Shown: piece by piece, positions 18,692 to 27,560 of the stretch
How the letters are laid out: each line of letters begins with the position of its first letter
Position numbering within the stretch: the first letter of the stretch is position 1
Assembly (NCBI GenBank): GCA_964404275.1
Contig: CAYOJH010000005.1
Coordinates: forward strand, 4,471 to 68,470
Direction of reading: 5' to 3'
Source of the DNA: an uncultured Gammaproteobacteria bacterium
GTDB taxonomy: Bacteria; Patescibacteriota; Patescibacteriia; SG8-24; DYFX01
Length of the DNA: 64,000 bases
Program-made: the position numbers and the translations under genes
Notes under the pieces: generated by a model
What the model was told of the DNA's origin: nothing
Database searches by the model: none
What the model saw: the letters and a program-made list of their open reading frames with translations, nothing else

Positions 18692-19699
18692 TTACACGTT
18701 GCGCGCGAGACCTTTCGTCACGAGCGTGTATTCGATCGTGCGCTTTAGGCCGTCGTCCAGACGGACGAGCGCGATCCAGCCGAGCTCGTCGACGGCTTTG
18801 CGCGTGTCGGGCAGGCCGAGCGGCGTCATGAACAGGAGCGGCGCTTCGAATTTCACTTCCGATTTGGAGTTCGTCATGGCGATGACCTTGCGGGCCACGT
18901 CGGCCAGCTTGAGATCCGCGTCGCCGCCGAAGTTGACCGGCCCCGGATTCTTGGAGACGCGCATCAAACGGACCAGGCCGTCGACCAGGTCGGTGACATA
19001 GAGAAGCACCGTGCTGAAATCCTCGTCGCCGTAAATGACGAGGTCGCGACCTTCGAGCGCGTCGAGCACGAAGTCCGGCACCATCTCGCCGTCGTTCAGG
19101 CGCTGGCGCGGGCCATAGGTGCGGAAGATGCGGGCCACGCGGACGTCGAGGCCGAAGACCGAGGCGTAGGTGTAGCAGGCGGTTTCGGCGAAGCGTTTGC
19201 CTTCGTCGTAGCAGGCGCGCGGCGAAGCATGATTCGTGACGCCCATGTCCGTCTCCTTGAATTTGCTGCCGTCGGCGTGGCGCGGGCCATAGACGACGGA
19301 GGTCGAGCCGTGCAGGAAGCGCGCCTTGTATTTGACCGCCAGCTCGAGCACGTTGCGCATGCCCAGCGAATTCGCCAGGAACGTCTGGATGCGGAGATTA
19401 TCGAATTTCTTGGCCGAGGTCGGGCAAGCCAGGTGGTAAATCTCATGGACGCCGTGCACGTCCAATTTGAAGCGCGCCAGTTCCGGAAACGCTTCCGGAT
19501 CGAACGGCTCGTTGATGTCGTGCTTCAGGAACTCGAAATCCGGGTTCTTGAGCATCGTTTCGATGTTCGCGACCTCGGACGTGATGAAATTGTCGATGCA
19601 GATGACCTGCTGGCCGTCGGCCAGGAGGCGTTCGCAGAGGTGCGAGCCGATGAAGCCGGCTCCGCCGGTGACGATCGCGATGCGCTTTTCTTCTGCCAT
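18692..19699 (-). CDS. UDP-glucuronate decarboxylase (UDP-xylose synthase)-like NAD-dependent epimerase/dehydratase
   Basis: IVTGGAGFIGSHLCERLL...IDNFITS...YDEGKR...RIFRTYGPR pattern closely resembling UXS/ArnA-decarboxylase family. Confidence 0.8.
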   Translation of the reverse strand: MAEEKRIAIVTGGAGFIGSHLCERLLADGQQVICIDNFITSEVANIETMLKNPDFEFLKHDINEPFDPEAFPELARFKLDVHGVHEIYHLACPTSAKKFDNLRIQTFLANSLGMRNVLELAVKYKARFLHGSTSVVYGPRHADGSKFKETDMGVTNHASPRACYDEGKRFAETACYTYASVFGLDVRVARIFRTYGPRQRLNDGEMVPDFVLDALEGRDLVIYGDEDFSTVLLYVTDLVDGLVRLMRVSKNPGPVNFGGDADLKLADVARKVIAMTNSKSEVKFEAPLLFMTPLGLPDTRKAVDELGWIALVRLDDGLKRTIEYTLVTKGLARNV

Positions 19700-19746
19700 A
19701 AGGAAAAACAGTGGTTGCCTTAACTGGCACCAGTATACGGGGGGTT

Positions 19747-21384
19747 TCAGGGTTTGAAAAGCACGACGGGCTGGAGGTCCTTGTCGGTTTCGATGGTCGG
19801 GTCGGCGGCCTTTTCCGCCGCCGGTTGGTCGTCCGCGGAGCTCAAGATGTCGGGTCCGAACCGATAACCGGCCAAGAAGGCGTCCGGCAGGTCGTCCACC
19901 AGGCTGGCCCAGTTGGGACCGTAGATCGAAGCGGCGACTTGTTCGGAAACGATATGCCGCAAGTAGCCGCCCTTGCCGACCGCGTAGACGTCCGGCAGCG
20001 TCTGGACCTTGATCAGCCGCGTGCCGGGGCGGTACGTGATCATGCCGCCGAGCGGCAGCGCCGCCAGCGCATTCTCGGAAATCGTCTTGACCTGGGTGAA
20101 ATCATGGAACCAGGTGGCATACGTTTTCGCGTTGGGGAAAACGTAGCGCTTGCCGTCGGCCGCCTCGTAATAGACGGACGAGAGTGCCGGTGATTTCACG
20201 AGGATGCCTCCGACGGCGGGCGGGACAGGCAAGCCTTGCGTCGGGATGGCCGAGATCGGAGCGCCCAGCAGTTTCGCTTCGACGGCGGCAACCGAGGCAG
20301 CCGCGTCGATGCGGCCGGCGCCGAGCTGGCCTCCGTACCCGCCGTTGATGCCATCGACATTCACGGCGTGCGCGGTGATGAGCGCTCGCACGGCCGCGGG
20401 CGTCAAGGTCGGATCGAGCGAAAGCAGCAGGGCCGCGACGCCGGAGACGATCGGCGCGGCCAGCGAAGAGCCGGACCAGCCGTCGCCGTACGGCTGATTG
20501 AAACCGGCGATGCCGGGACGATAGACCTGCGTGGTCGCGATGTTTTCGCCCGGCGCGGAAACCGTGATGCAATCCGAACCGTAGCTCGAAAAGCTCGAAC
20601 GGCGGCCCTGCTGATCCAGGGACGCGACGCCGATCAGGATCGGTTCGTCGGAGGCGCCGCGATAGCAGACGGGATATTCCGGATAGACGTTCAAGTTGCC
20701 GCCGCGCTCCGTGTCGCCTTCGTTGCCCGCCGCCGCCACGATCACGATGCCGGCTTTGTACGCGTCCCGCAGCGCATCGGCCAGGGCTTGGCTCTCGTTC
20801 GGACCGCTGAAGCTGATGTTGATGACCTGCACGCGCCGCGCAATGGCATACCGCACGGCCGCCACGACCGCGGAGCTTCCGCCCGAACCATTGCTGTCCA
20901 AAACGCGCAGCGGCAGGATCCTCACGTTCCAGTTCACGCCCGAAATGCCCTCCGCGTTATTGCCGACCGCGCCGATCAAGCCGGCCACGAGCGTCCCATG
21001 GTTCGCGCCTTCCTGCGAAACCGCCCCGGTCAAGGCCGGGCTCGGATCGTTGTCATTGTCGACGAAATCCCAGCCGTGCACGTCGTCGACGTAGCCGTTG
21101 TGATCGTTGTCGAGGCCGTCGCCGGGGATCTCTCCCGAGTTGGTCCAGATGCGATCCTGAAGATCCGGATGCGTCAGGTCGACGCCCGAATCGAGCACGG
21201 CGACCGTAACCGTCGGCGAACCCTTGGCGAAATTCCAAGCATCCGGAAGCCCGACCGCGCCGAGATACCACTGATCCTTATACAGTGGATCGTTCGGCGC
21301 GGCCGCCAAGGCCGGAGCCGCCAACAACAACACGCCCAAAAAGGCGCTGGCGGCTTTAAAATAGGCGGTGCTCCGCTTTTTCAT
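19747..21384 (-). CDS. Secreted subtilisin-family (S8) serine protease with C-terminal ~120-aa domain shared with adjacent giant surface protein
   Basis: Signal peptide (AFLGVLLLAAPALAAAPNDP), catalytic Asp (VLDSGVD), His (HGTLVAG), Ser (GSSLAAPIVSG); C-terminal extension (res ~398-520). Confidence 0.9.
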   Translation of the reverse strand: MKKRSTAYFKAASAFLGVLLLAAPALAAAPNDPLYKDQWYLGAVGLPDAWNFAKGSPTVTVAVLDSGVDLTHPDLQDRIWTNSGEIPGDGLDNDHNGYVDDVHGWDFVDNDNDPSPALTGAVSQEGANHGTLVAGLIGAVGNNAEGISGVNWNVRILPLRVLDSNGSGGSSAVVAAVRYAIARRVQVINISFSGPNESQALADALRDAYKAGIVIVAAAGNEGDTERGGNLNVYPEYPVCYRGASDEPILIGVASLDQQGRRSSFSSYGSDCITVSAPGENIATTQVYRPGIAGFNQPYGDGWSGSSLAAPIVSGVAALLLSLDPTLTPAAVRALITAHAVNVDGINGGYGGQLGAGRIDAAASVAAVEAKLLGAPISAIPTQGLPVPPAVGGILVKSPALSSVYYEAADGKRYVFPNAKTYATWFHDFTQVKTISENALAALPLGGMITYRPGTRLIKVQTLPDVYAVGKGGYLRHIVSEQVAASIYGPNWASLVDDLPDAFLAGYRFGPDILSSADDQPAAEKAADPTIETDKDLQPVVLFKP

Positions 21385-21404
21385 GTGGGTAGTGTAGCCG
21401 AAGA

Positions 21405-21443
21405 AAGAACGAACGCAAACCCCTGCACCGGATGGTGCAGGGG
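21405..21443 (-). terminator. Rho-independent terminator downstream of giant surface-protein gene
   Basis: CCCCTGCACC-GGAT-GGTGCAGGGG 10-bp stem; on minus strand followed by TTTGCGTTCGTTCTTTCTT. Confidence 0.6.
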
Positions 21444-21494
21444 CATTGCGTTCCTTAAGGATTCCCTTAGGGCGCGGACGAGGTCACGCTCTGA

Positions 21495-24400
21495 TTAGGA
21501 GCGGGTCATCGTCTGAGCGTCCGACGGGAGAACCTTGATGAAGCGACCGTTCGTCCAGTCGTTCGACGAGCCAGACGCATCCGACGAAAGGTTGGTGTCA
21601 ACCACGTCGTTATGCGGGATCAGGCTATTGTCGGACCAGATGAAGTTGTACTCGCCGTCAGCGGCAGAGCCATCATAGTCGTCGATGGCGGTGTGAGCGA
21701 CGGACGAGAACGTGAACGGAACGCCGTTGTCCAATTCACCCGTCACCTGGGCGGTGTCGCCGAGGAGCGAGGTGCTGATGGACTCTCCGGAAGCGTCAGC
21801 GCCAGCAACCGTCACGCGAAGCTCATAGGTCTTCGACGTACCGGCAGCAATCGTCTGTTCGTTGGTGAACGAGACGTGGAGCGTGCAGGACGCGGAGGAA
21901 GCGGTAGCGCAGCTACCGATGTCAGAGGCACCAGCGATGTTGGAGCCTTGACCCACTTCGCGGATCATCGAGTCGGCCGCAGTCGTGCTGGCCGAGATGT
22001 TCGAGCCTGACACGTTGTTCAGGTTGAGGTTGAAGGACACCGTCTTGAGCGAGAGCTGCTGGGCCGCATCGGCCGTCACCGTGAAGCGAGAGATCACCTG
22101 CGTGCCGTTCGACAGGGTCGAGGTCGGCAGCGCGGCGAGGCTCACCGTCGGCTTGGTCTTGCGGTTGCGCTTTTCGCGGCCGCTGACAGCGCCCGAGTTG
22201 CCGACGAGATCGATCGTGCTGGAGCCGGCGGACGTGCCGCGGACTTCATACGTACCGGTGTCGCCGGAGCAGTCCGAGTTGGCGCCATCGCAGAGCTTGA
22301 CGGTCAGGTCGAGACCGGAGGCAGCGCCGCCGGAACCAACCGCGTTCAGGTCACCCTTGACGGTCAGCGTCTTCGAGCTGTCCTTCAAAACGACGAAGGA
22401 GAAGCCGGAGAAGTCCGCGTTACCCGAAGAGTTCACCGAGACCGGGCCGGCAACCATCGTTGAACCATCGTACAACCAGAGGTTGTTGACGGCCGTGACG
22501 GAAGCGGACGGGATCGACAAGCGAACCTTATCGAGCTTGAGGTCTTCGCTTTGCGCCGTGAAGCGGTACTTGGCGAGAACCGAGGTCGTGCCGCCGAGGA
22601 CGATGCCTGCTTCGGATTCAGAATCATCCGGGGCGAGAGCATAGGTCATCGAGCCGTTGGCCGAGATGATCATGCTGGCAGACGTCACCGAACCGGACTT
22701 CGAGACGGCGTTGCCATCCTTGTCCTGAGCGGTCACGTCGGCGTTCGCGACGGTGAAGCGAATCGTGTCGTTCAGGTTGGCGATCGAGCCGGAGAGGTTG
22801 CCCGAGAGGGACAACGTCACCGTCTGACCGGCCGGAACGACGAGGTTCATGTTGCTGAACTGCAGGAGACCGCCATCGTTCGAGGCGCAGGACGCCGTCG
22901 AGGAAGTCGGACTCTTGATGTCACCCACCTGGGTGGTGCCGTTCATCAACTTGGCCGAGAGCAGGATGTCGGTCGCGAACTTGTCGGTCGAGCCCGTGTC
23001 AAGGCCGTTTTCACAGCCGTTGGCAAAGGTCGTGTCGTTGTTCGCGTCGACCTGCGTCTGGACCGTCATCGAGGTGACCGTCACGTCGCCGCCCTGGCCA
23101 GCCTGGAGGCTGATGCCGGCGAGCGGAGCGTTCTGGGTGCCCTGGATGTAGGTCTGCGCAACCGGCGTGGAGGCCGTCGAAACGGTCAGCGTCGGAGTGC
23201 GCAGGGTCATCGCGTTACCCGTGATCGTCGAGGACGGGACGATGGTCGACGTGTCGACGAAGGTCGAGTTGTCGAGGTTGCGGATGTCGCTCGACTGGAA
23301 CGGCGAGAGACTCAATTGAATCGAGTCGCTGTCGAGAGCCGCCTGGTTCGCGACGTCCATCGTCACCTTGAAGGTGCGCGACTGGCCGGCGGACAACGAG
23401 AACACGTCCGTGTAGACGAGGTTCTGAGTGGTGTCGTTGCCGGAGATATCGACGTCCTTCGGACCAGCGACGACCTGGCTGGAAGCCGTGTCCGTCACCT
23501 TGATGTCGGTGTAGTTCGCAACGCTCGGGGAACCCGAGGAGTTGACGAGACCACCGGCGGCATCAATGCCGGTCGCCGTGATGGCGAGGCGGAGGTTGCG
23601 GACTTCGACGTTGGACTGCGAAGCGAGCGTGAAGTTCAGGACTTCCTGATCTTTGCCGTTCGTCGCAATGTCATGCGCGGCCGGGCCATTGAAGGTGATC
23701 GTGATCTGACCGCCTTCCACCGCCGAGTACGAGCAGTCGCCCGCGCTCGAGGTGCAGCTGTCGCCGTCGTACGCAGTGCGCGTAACGGAGGCGCCATAGC
23801 CGAACGTGCGGCCGACAGCCCAGACGTCAGTGTCCTCTTCCGTGGCGAGCTTGACGGTGTCACCCGAGCGGGCGCCGCCACCGATATCGCCCCAGACCTC
23901 GTAGGTGCGGGTGTTGCCCTTTTCGAGGAGGGTGTTCTGCGTCAGGACGAAGGTCACATGATCCTTGGCATCGATACCGGACGCCGACGCAACGTCAGTG
24001 CCGCCGGAGCGGAGCTTGAGGTTGGTCAAGTTGGACGACGCGATATTGCCGCTCTGGAAGAGCGTGATGCGCTTGATGTCGAGGTCTTCAGCCGCTCCAG
24101 CGGAGAGCTGGAACTCGGCAAGCTTCACGCCCATCTGACCGACTTTCGGGTTGGTGATCGAACCGCTCTTGGCGATCGTGACCGAACCAACCGTCGCGCC
24201 GGCGAGAGTCATGTTGTTGCCCGAGACCGGGAGACCGGAAGCCGTCGAGGTGCCGCTCATGAGAGAGGTGACCTGGAAGGCGTTCACGTCACCGGACGAA
24301 GCCGAGCCGGACATCGTCGCGGCGACCCAGAAGGTCCGGGTCTGGCCGGCGGCGAGGTTCCAACCGAGGCTGTTGAAGGTGACATCGTTCGTCGAGCTGT

Positions 24401-25208
24401 TGACGGAGCGGCCCGTGGTCAGACGGACATCGCCTTCGAACAGGTAGACGTTCGAGAAGTCAGACGGCGAACCGGCGCCCATACGATGGAGCGTGACGGA
24501 GTCGACCGAGAGGGCCGAACCCGTGCCGTTCGAGACGTTGAACTTCATGTAGTTCACGCCGACCGCGCCCTTCGGCACCGTGGCCGAAGCCGGGCTGTCG
24601 GACGCGAGGCTGACGGAGAGACCGGAGAGCATACCAGGACCCGAGGACAAGTTCTTGTCCTGGTTGATGGTCTGGCTTCCGCTCATTTCGTTGGCCTTGT
24701 TGTAGTCCGAAGCCGCATTCAACGCCGAACCCATCGAGTAGTTCGTGAAGAACGCGTCGGAGACGTCGTCAATCTGCTTGTTCCAGGTGGAACCGTACAG
24801 ACCGGAAGCGACGGCTTCGGAAGCGATCGGACGGAGGGTGCCGCCTTTGGAGATGGCATAGACCTTCGGATCGCTCTGAATCTTGATCATCTTCACGCCC
24901 GGGCGATAGGTGACGTTGCCACCGATCTGGACGGAAGCGAGATCAGCGTCAGAAATCTTCATGACGCCGCTGAAGTCGGAGTACCAAGTGAAGTACGCCT
25001 TGTCGTTCGTGAACACGTAGCGCTTTCCATCGCCACCGCAGTAGTAGACAGCGGCGAGAGAACCTTTGATGAGACTACCGCTCGTGCAGCCGGCGGCAGA
25101 AGCCTTCAAAGGAGCGACGAGGACGGTCGCCATCATCGACCAAAGAATGGTCGTGAGGACAACGCCCATCGTCAGAGCCTTGCGGCTCATTTTGAGGACA
25201 TCGGTCAT
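21495..25208 (-). CDS. Giant (1237 aa) secreted Thr/Ser/Gly/Asn-rich surface protein, S-layer-like / adhesin-like
   Basis: N-terminal signal anchor (VVLTTILWSMMATVLVAPLKASAAG); N-terminal ~125-aa domain homologous to subtilase C-terminus; remainder low-complexity beta-rich repeats; start chosen at ATG 25208 (AAGGA upstream). Confidence 0.7.
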   Translation of the reverse strand: MTDVLKMSRKALTMGVVLTTILWSMMATVLVAPLKASAAGCTSGSLIKGSLAAVYYCGGDGKRYVFTNDKAYFTWYSDFSGVMKISDADLASVQIGGNVTYRPGVKMIKIQSDPKVYAISKGGTLRPIASEAVASGLYGSTWNKQIDDVSDAFFTNYSMGSALNAASDYNKANEMSGSQTINQDKNLSSGPGMLSGLSVSLASDSPASATVPKGAVGVNYMKFNVSNGTGSALSVDSVTLHRMGAGSPSDFSNVYLFEGDVRLTTGRSVNSSTNDVTFNSLGWNLAAGQTRTFWVAATMSGSASSGDVNAFQVTSLMSGTSTASGLPVSGNNMTLAGATVGSVTIAKSGSITNPKVGQMGVKLAEFQLSAGAAEDLDIKRITLFQSGNIASSNLTNLKLRSGGTDVASASGIDAKDHVTFVLTQNTLLEKGNTRTYEVWGDIGGGARSGDTVKLATEEDTDVWAVGRTFGYGASVTRTAYDGDSCTSSAGDCSYSAVEGGQITITFNGPAAHDIATNGKDQEVLNFTLASQSNVEVRNLRLAITATGIDAAGGLVNSSGSPSVANYTDIKVTDTASSQVVAGPKDVDISGNDTTQNLVYTDVFSLSAGQSRTFKVTMDVANQAALDSDSIQLSLSPFQSSDIRNLDNSTFVDTSTIVPSSTITGNAMTLRTPTLTVSTASTPVAQTYIQGTQNAPLAGISLQAGQGGDVTVTSMTVQTQVDANNDTTFANGCENGLDTGSTDKFATDILLSAKLMNGTTQVGDIKSPTSSTASCASNDGGLLQFSNMNLVVPAGQTVTLSLSGNLSGSIANLNDTIRFTVANADVTAQDKDGNAVSKSGSVTSASMIISANGSMTYALAPDDSESEAGIVLGGTTSVLAKYRFTAQSEDLKLDKVRLSIPSASVTAVNNLWLYDGSTMVAGPVSVNSSGNADFSGFSFVVLKDSSKTLTVKGDLNAVGSGGAASGLDLTVKLCDGANSDCSGDTGTYEVRGTSAGSSTIDLVGNSGAVSGREKRNRKTKPTVSLAALPTSTLSNGTQVISRFTVTADAAQQLSLKTVSFNLNLNNVSGSNISASTTAADSMIREVGQGSNIAGASDIGSCATASSASCTLHVSFTNEQTIAAGTSKTYELRVTVAGADASGESISTSLLGDTAQVTGELDNGVPFTFSSVAHTAIDDYDGSAADGEYNFIWSDNSLIPHNDVVDTNLSSDASGSSNDWTNGRFIKVLPSDAQTMTRS

Positions 25209-25302
25209 AAGTGATGAGATCCTTTCTTCAAGTTTAGTTTCAGCGGCACGGCCTTGCGGCCTCGACCTTCTTAGCGCCACTGTTGCCCAAAGGGCCCGTC
25301 CG

Positions 25303-25378
25303 GGAGGTTCCTCCTGGATCGGAGTCCGTTTCGCATCCTGGGATGCGGAACAGGCTTCGATCCGAGAAGATTCTCGGA
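25303..25378 (-). promoter_or_regulatory. Structured 5' leader of surface-protein mRNA with three short perfect palindromes
   Basis: GGAGGTTCCTCC (25303-25314), GCATCCTGGGATGC (25333-25346), TCCGAGAAGATTCTCGGA (25361-25378) in the 193-nt gap between anti-sigma stop and surface-protein start. Confidence 0.4.
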
Positions 25379-25401
25379 CGCGTGTTAATAAGGGTGTTGC
25401 G

Positions 25402-26331
25402 TTACGGCGACGTCGCCGTGGCGCTTCCGTTGGTTTCGGCGGTCGCCGTGGCGGAGCCGTCCGTTCCGGAGTTCTTGTCGGCCGTCTCGGCTTGCGTGAC
25501 GAGATCGGCGCTTTCGTTGACCTTCAGGACCGCGGCGCGGAAGTCGCCTTGCGAGAGCAGCTGTTTGGCTTCTTCGACGGCCTGTTTGGCCTTGGTGGTG
25601 AGGAGCAGGCTTTGCGAGGTTGTCTTGGCCCCCAAGCTGTCCTGGGCGACCGCCACGTGAGCGGCGAAGGTGTCGATGCGTTTGCCGACCGACGAGGTCA
25701 GCTCCGCTTCTGGTAAGACGTTGGCCGCAAGGCTTTGTTTCTCCACGAGAATCTCCAGGGCTTTGACGGAAACCTGGTCAAGATTGAGCAGGGCCAGGCG
25801 AAGCGCGGGGCGTCCGACCAGGAGGCCGTTCTTGAACAGGTCCTGGTAGGCGTCGGTTTTGGCGTCGACTTGCATCGCGACTTTGACGGCGACATCGGCG
25901 TTGCCTTCCGTTTGGAGCTCCGCCAGATCCTGGCGGATGCCGATCATTTCGTCCGAGAAGAGGCTGGCGGCTTTGGCGATCTTGGCTTCCTTGTCCGAGC
26001 CGGAGCTGGTGGACAGGCGGGCGATTTCATCGAGGCGGCGTCCGGCGATTTCCACGCGCCGTTCGGTGCGATCCGATTTCGAGGCGAGACGCAGGCTGAC
26101 GGCTTCGGCGGCGAGTTTCACGCCGTAGAGCATGTTGCCCGGCAGCGTGTCGTGCGCGGCCGCGACCAGCGCGGCAGACGAGGCGCCGGCGCCCGCGACG
26201 AGCAGCAGCATCATGGCCGGCACGGCCAGCGTCCTGGCCAGGTTCTCCGGCATGAAGAGGCGGAGGTTCCCAGCGAATGCGCGAAAACCGGTCCGCCGTT
26301 CCTGGCCGACCGTGTTTCCGATTTGCATCAT
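25402..26331 (-). CDS. DUF5667-type membrane anti-sigma-factor-like protein
   Basis: Start at ATGATG with AAGGAGA RBS 6 nt upstream; single TM (LAVPAMMLLLVAGAGASSAALVAAA) followed by coiled extracytoplasmic domain; located directly after ECF sigma gene. Track ORF start further upstream would overlap sigma gene. Confidence 0.6.
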   Translation of the reverse strand: MMQIGNTVGQERRTGFRAFAGNLRLFMPENLARTLAVPAMMLLLVAGAGASSAALVAAAHDTLPGNMLYGVKLAAEAVSLRLASKSDRTERRVEIAGRRLDEIARLSTSSGSDKEAKIAKAASLFSDEMIGIRQDLAELQTEGNADVAVKVAMQVDAKTDAYQDLFKNGLLVGRPALRLALLNLDQVSVKALEILVEKQSLAANVLPEAELTSSVGKRIDTFAAHVAVAQDSLGAKTTSQSLLLTTKAKQAVEEAKQLLSQGDFRAAVLKVNESADLVTQAETADKNSGTDGSATATAETNGSATATSP

Positions 26332-26386
26332 TAACGTCTCCTTCGTGGACGCAAGCCAACGCGCGTCCGGGCTTCCGCCCGCACGC

Positions 26387-26995
26387 TCATCCTTCAGCGC
26401 CTTCAGTTGCTTTACGATGGAGTTCATTGTCGTTTGTGGTTTCCGCGGCGACCAGATCCCGGATGGCCGAGAGTGCGCGATGCAGGAGCACGCGCACGTT
26501 GCCATGCGTTTTGCCGAGGATCTTGGCGATCTCGAAGGTTTCGAGCTCGTCCAAATATTTCATGACGAGCACTTCGCGATATTCGTCCTTGAGCGAGCGG
26601 AGATGCTTTTCGAGCATCGCCACGTCGATCTTGGCGTCCGTCTGTTTTGAAGTCGCGCGGTCGTCCGCGATCTGCTCTTCCGCCTCCTCTAAGAGAGGAA
26701 GGGTCTCGCGACCGGCTTTCGACCGGTAGTGGTCGATCACGCGGTTGCGAGCGATACCGTAGAGAAGCGCGCTCAGGTGTCTCACTTCCTTGCCCTTCTC
26801 GTCTAAGAGATAGGACCAGGCCTTCAGGAAGACGTCGGCGGTGAGGTCTTGCGCCTCTTCCACGGACGACACCTTAAAGTAAACAAAACGATAGATCCGT
26901 GTGGCGTAGAGATCGTAGATCTTTCCGTACGCCTCCGGATCTTTCTTCGCGCGAACTCGGTAAAGGAGAAGCTTCTCTTGGAGCGGATTGCTCAT
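26387..26995 (-). CDS. ECF-family RNA polymerase sigma factor (sigma-70 regions 2 and 4)
   Basis: Region 2 (YDLYATRIYRFVYFKV...DLTADVFLKAW) and region 4 HTH (EVLVMKYLDELETFEIAKILGKTHGNVRVLLHRA). Confidence 0.85.
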   Translation of the reverse strand: MSNPLQEKLLLYRVRAKKDPEAYGKIYDLYATRIYRFVYFKVSSVEEAQDLTADVFLKAWSYLLDEKGKEVRHLSALLYGIARNRVIDHYRSKAGRETLPLLEEAEEQIADDRATSKQTDAKIDVAMLEKHLRSLKDEYREVLVMKYLDELETFEIAKILGKTHGNVRVLLHRALSAIRDLVAAETTNDNELHRKATEGAEG

Positions 26996-27000
26996 GGCTT

Positions 27001-27029
27001 TAGACGGAGGGGGCTTGCAAAGCGTTACA
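27001..27029 (-). promoter_or_regulatory. ECF-type autoregulatory promoter (TGTAAC-N17-CGTCTA) immediately upstream of sigma gene
   Basis: Minus-strand reading TGTAACgctttgcaagccccctcCGTCTAaagccATG; matches AAC-N16/17-CGTC class; -10 ends 5 nt before ATG implying leaderless transcript. Confidence 0.55.
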
Positions 27030-27195
27030 GTCCGTCTTCAATGAAGGTAGGCTACCATAAAGACAAGGGCGGGTCAATCTGGACACCCAAAAATAAGGCT
27101 AGGTTCAGCGTATGGTTTGGTGACAAATTTGATCCACAGCTTGCGTAAATTGGCATAGTTGTCTACACTGGAGTGGACAAATATCACTTTCCCAC

Positions 27196-27510
27196 ATGGA
27201 GTCTCCCAAGAACATCATCCGCGTGTCCGTCTCCGAAGCCGCCAAGCTTTTCGGCATTTCGACCCGTACGATCCGCCGCGCCATCACCGACGGCGAAGTC
27301 GCCTATGTGGTCGTTCGCGGACGGTATAAACTGAACTTTGAGAGCCTCGTGAAGTGGTCCCAGGTCCGCCCGACCGTCCGCAACAAGCTGGCCACGACCG
27401 GCATCGGCCAGTTCGTCGAGCACTGGAAGATCCGCAACAAGCTGTTCAGCCCGAACCCAAAAGTTTTCGAACCGAAGGACGAGGAGAAAAAGAAGAGCTC
27501 CGACGATTGA
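27196..27510 (+). CDS. Small helix-turn-helix DNA-binding protein (excisionase/MerR-like HTH_17)
   Basis: VSVSEAAKLFGISTRTIRRAITDGEV motif; 104 aa with acidic/lysine-rich tail. Confidence 0.55.
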   Translation: MESPKNIIRVSVSEAAKLFGISTRTIRRAITDGEVAYVVVRGRYKLNFESLVKWSQVRPTVRNKLATTGIGQFVEHWKIRNKLFSPNPKVFEPKDEEKKKSSDD

Positions 27511-27560
27511 CAAACGGGCTCAAAAGTGATACGTTTGGCCGATTTAAACGGGTGCACTCC

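Noticed and set aside
25381-25410. GTAAC-N20-CGTCC upstream of surface-protein gene as ECF promoter
   Set aside because: The spacer is 3-4 nt longer than the functional ECF range. It is kept only as a note.
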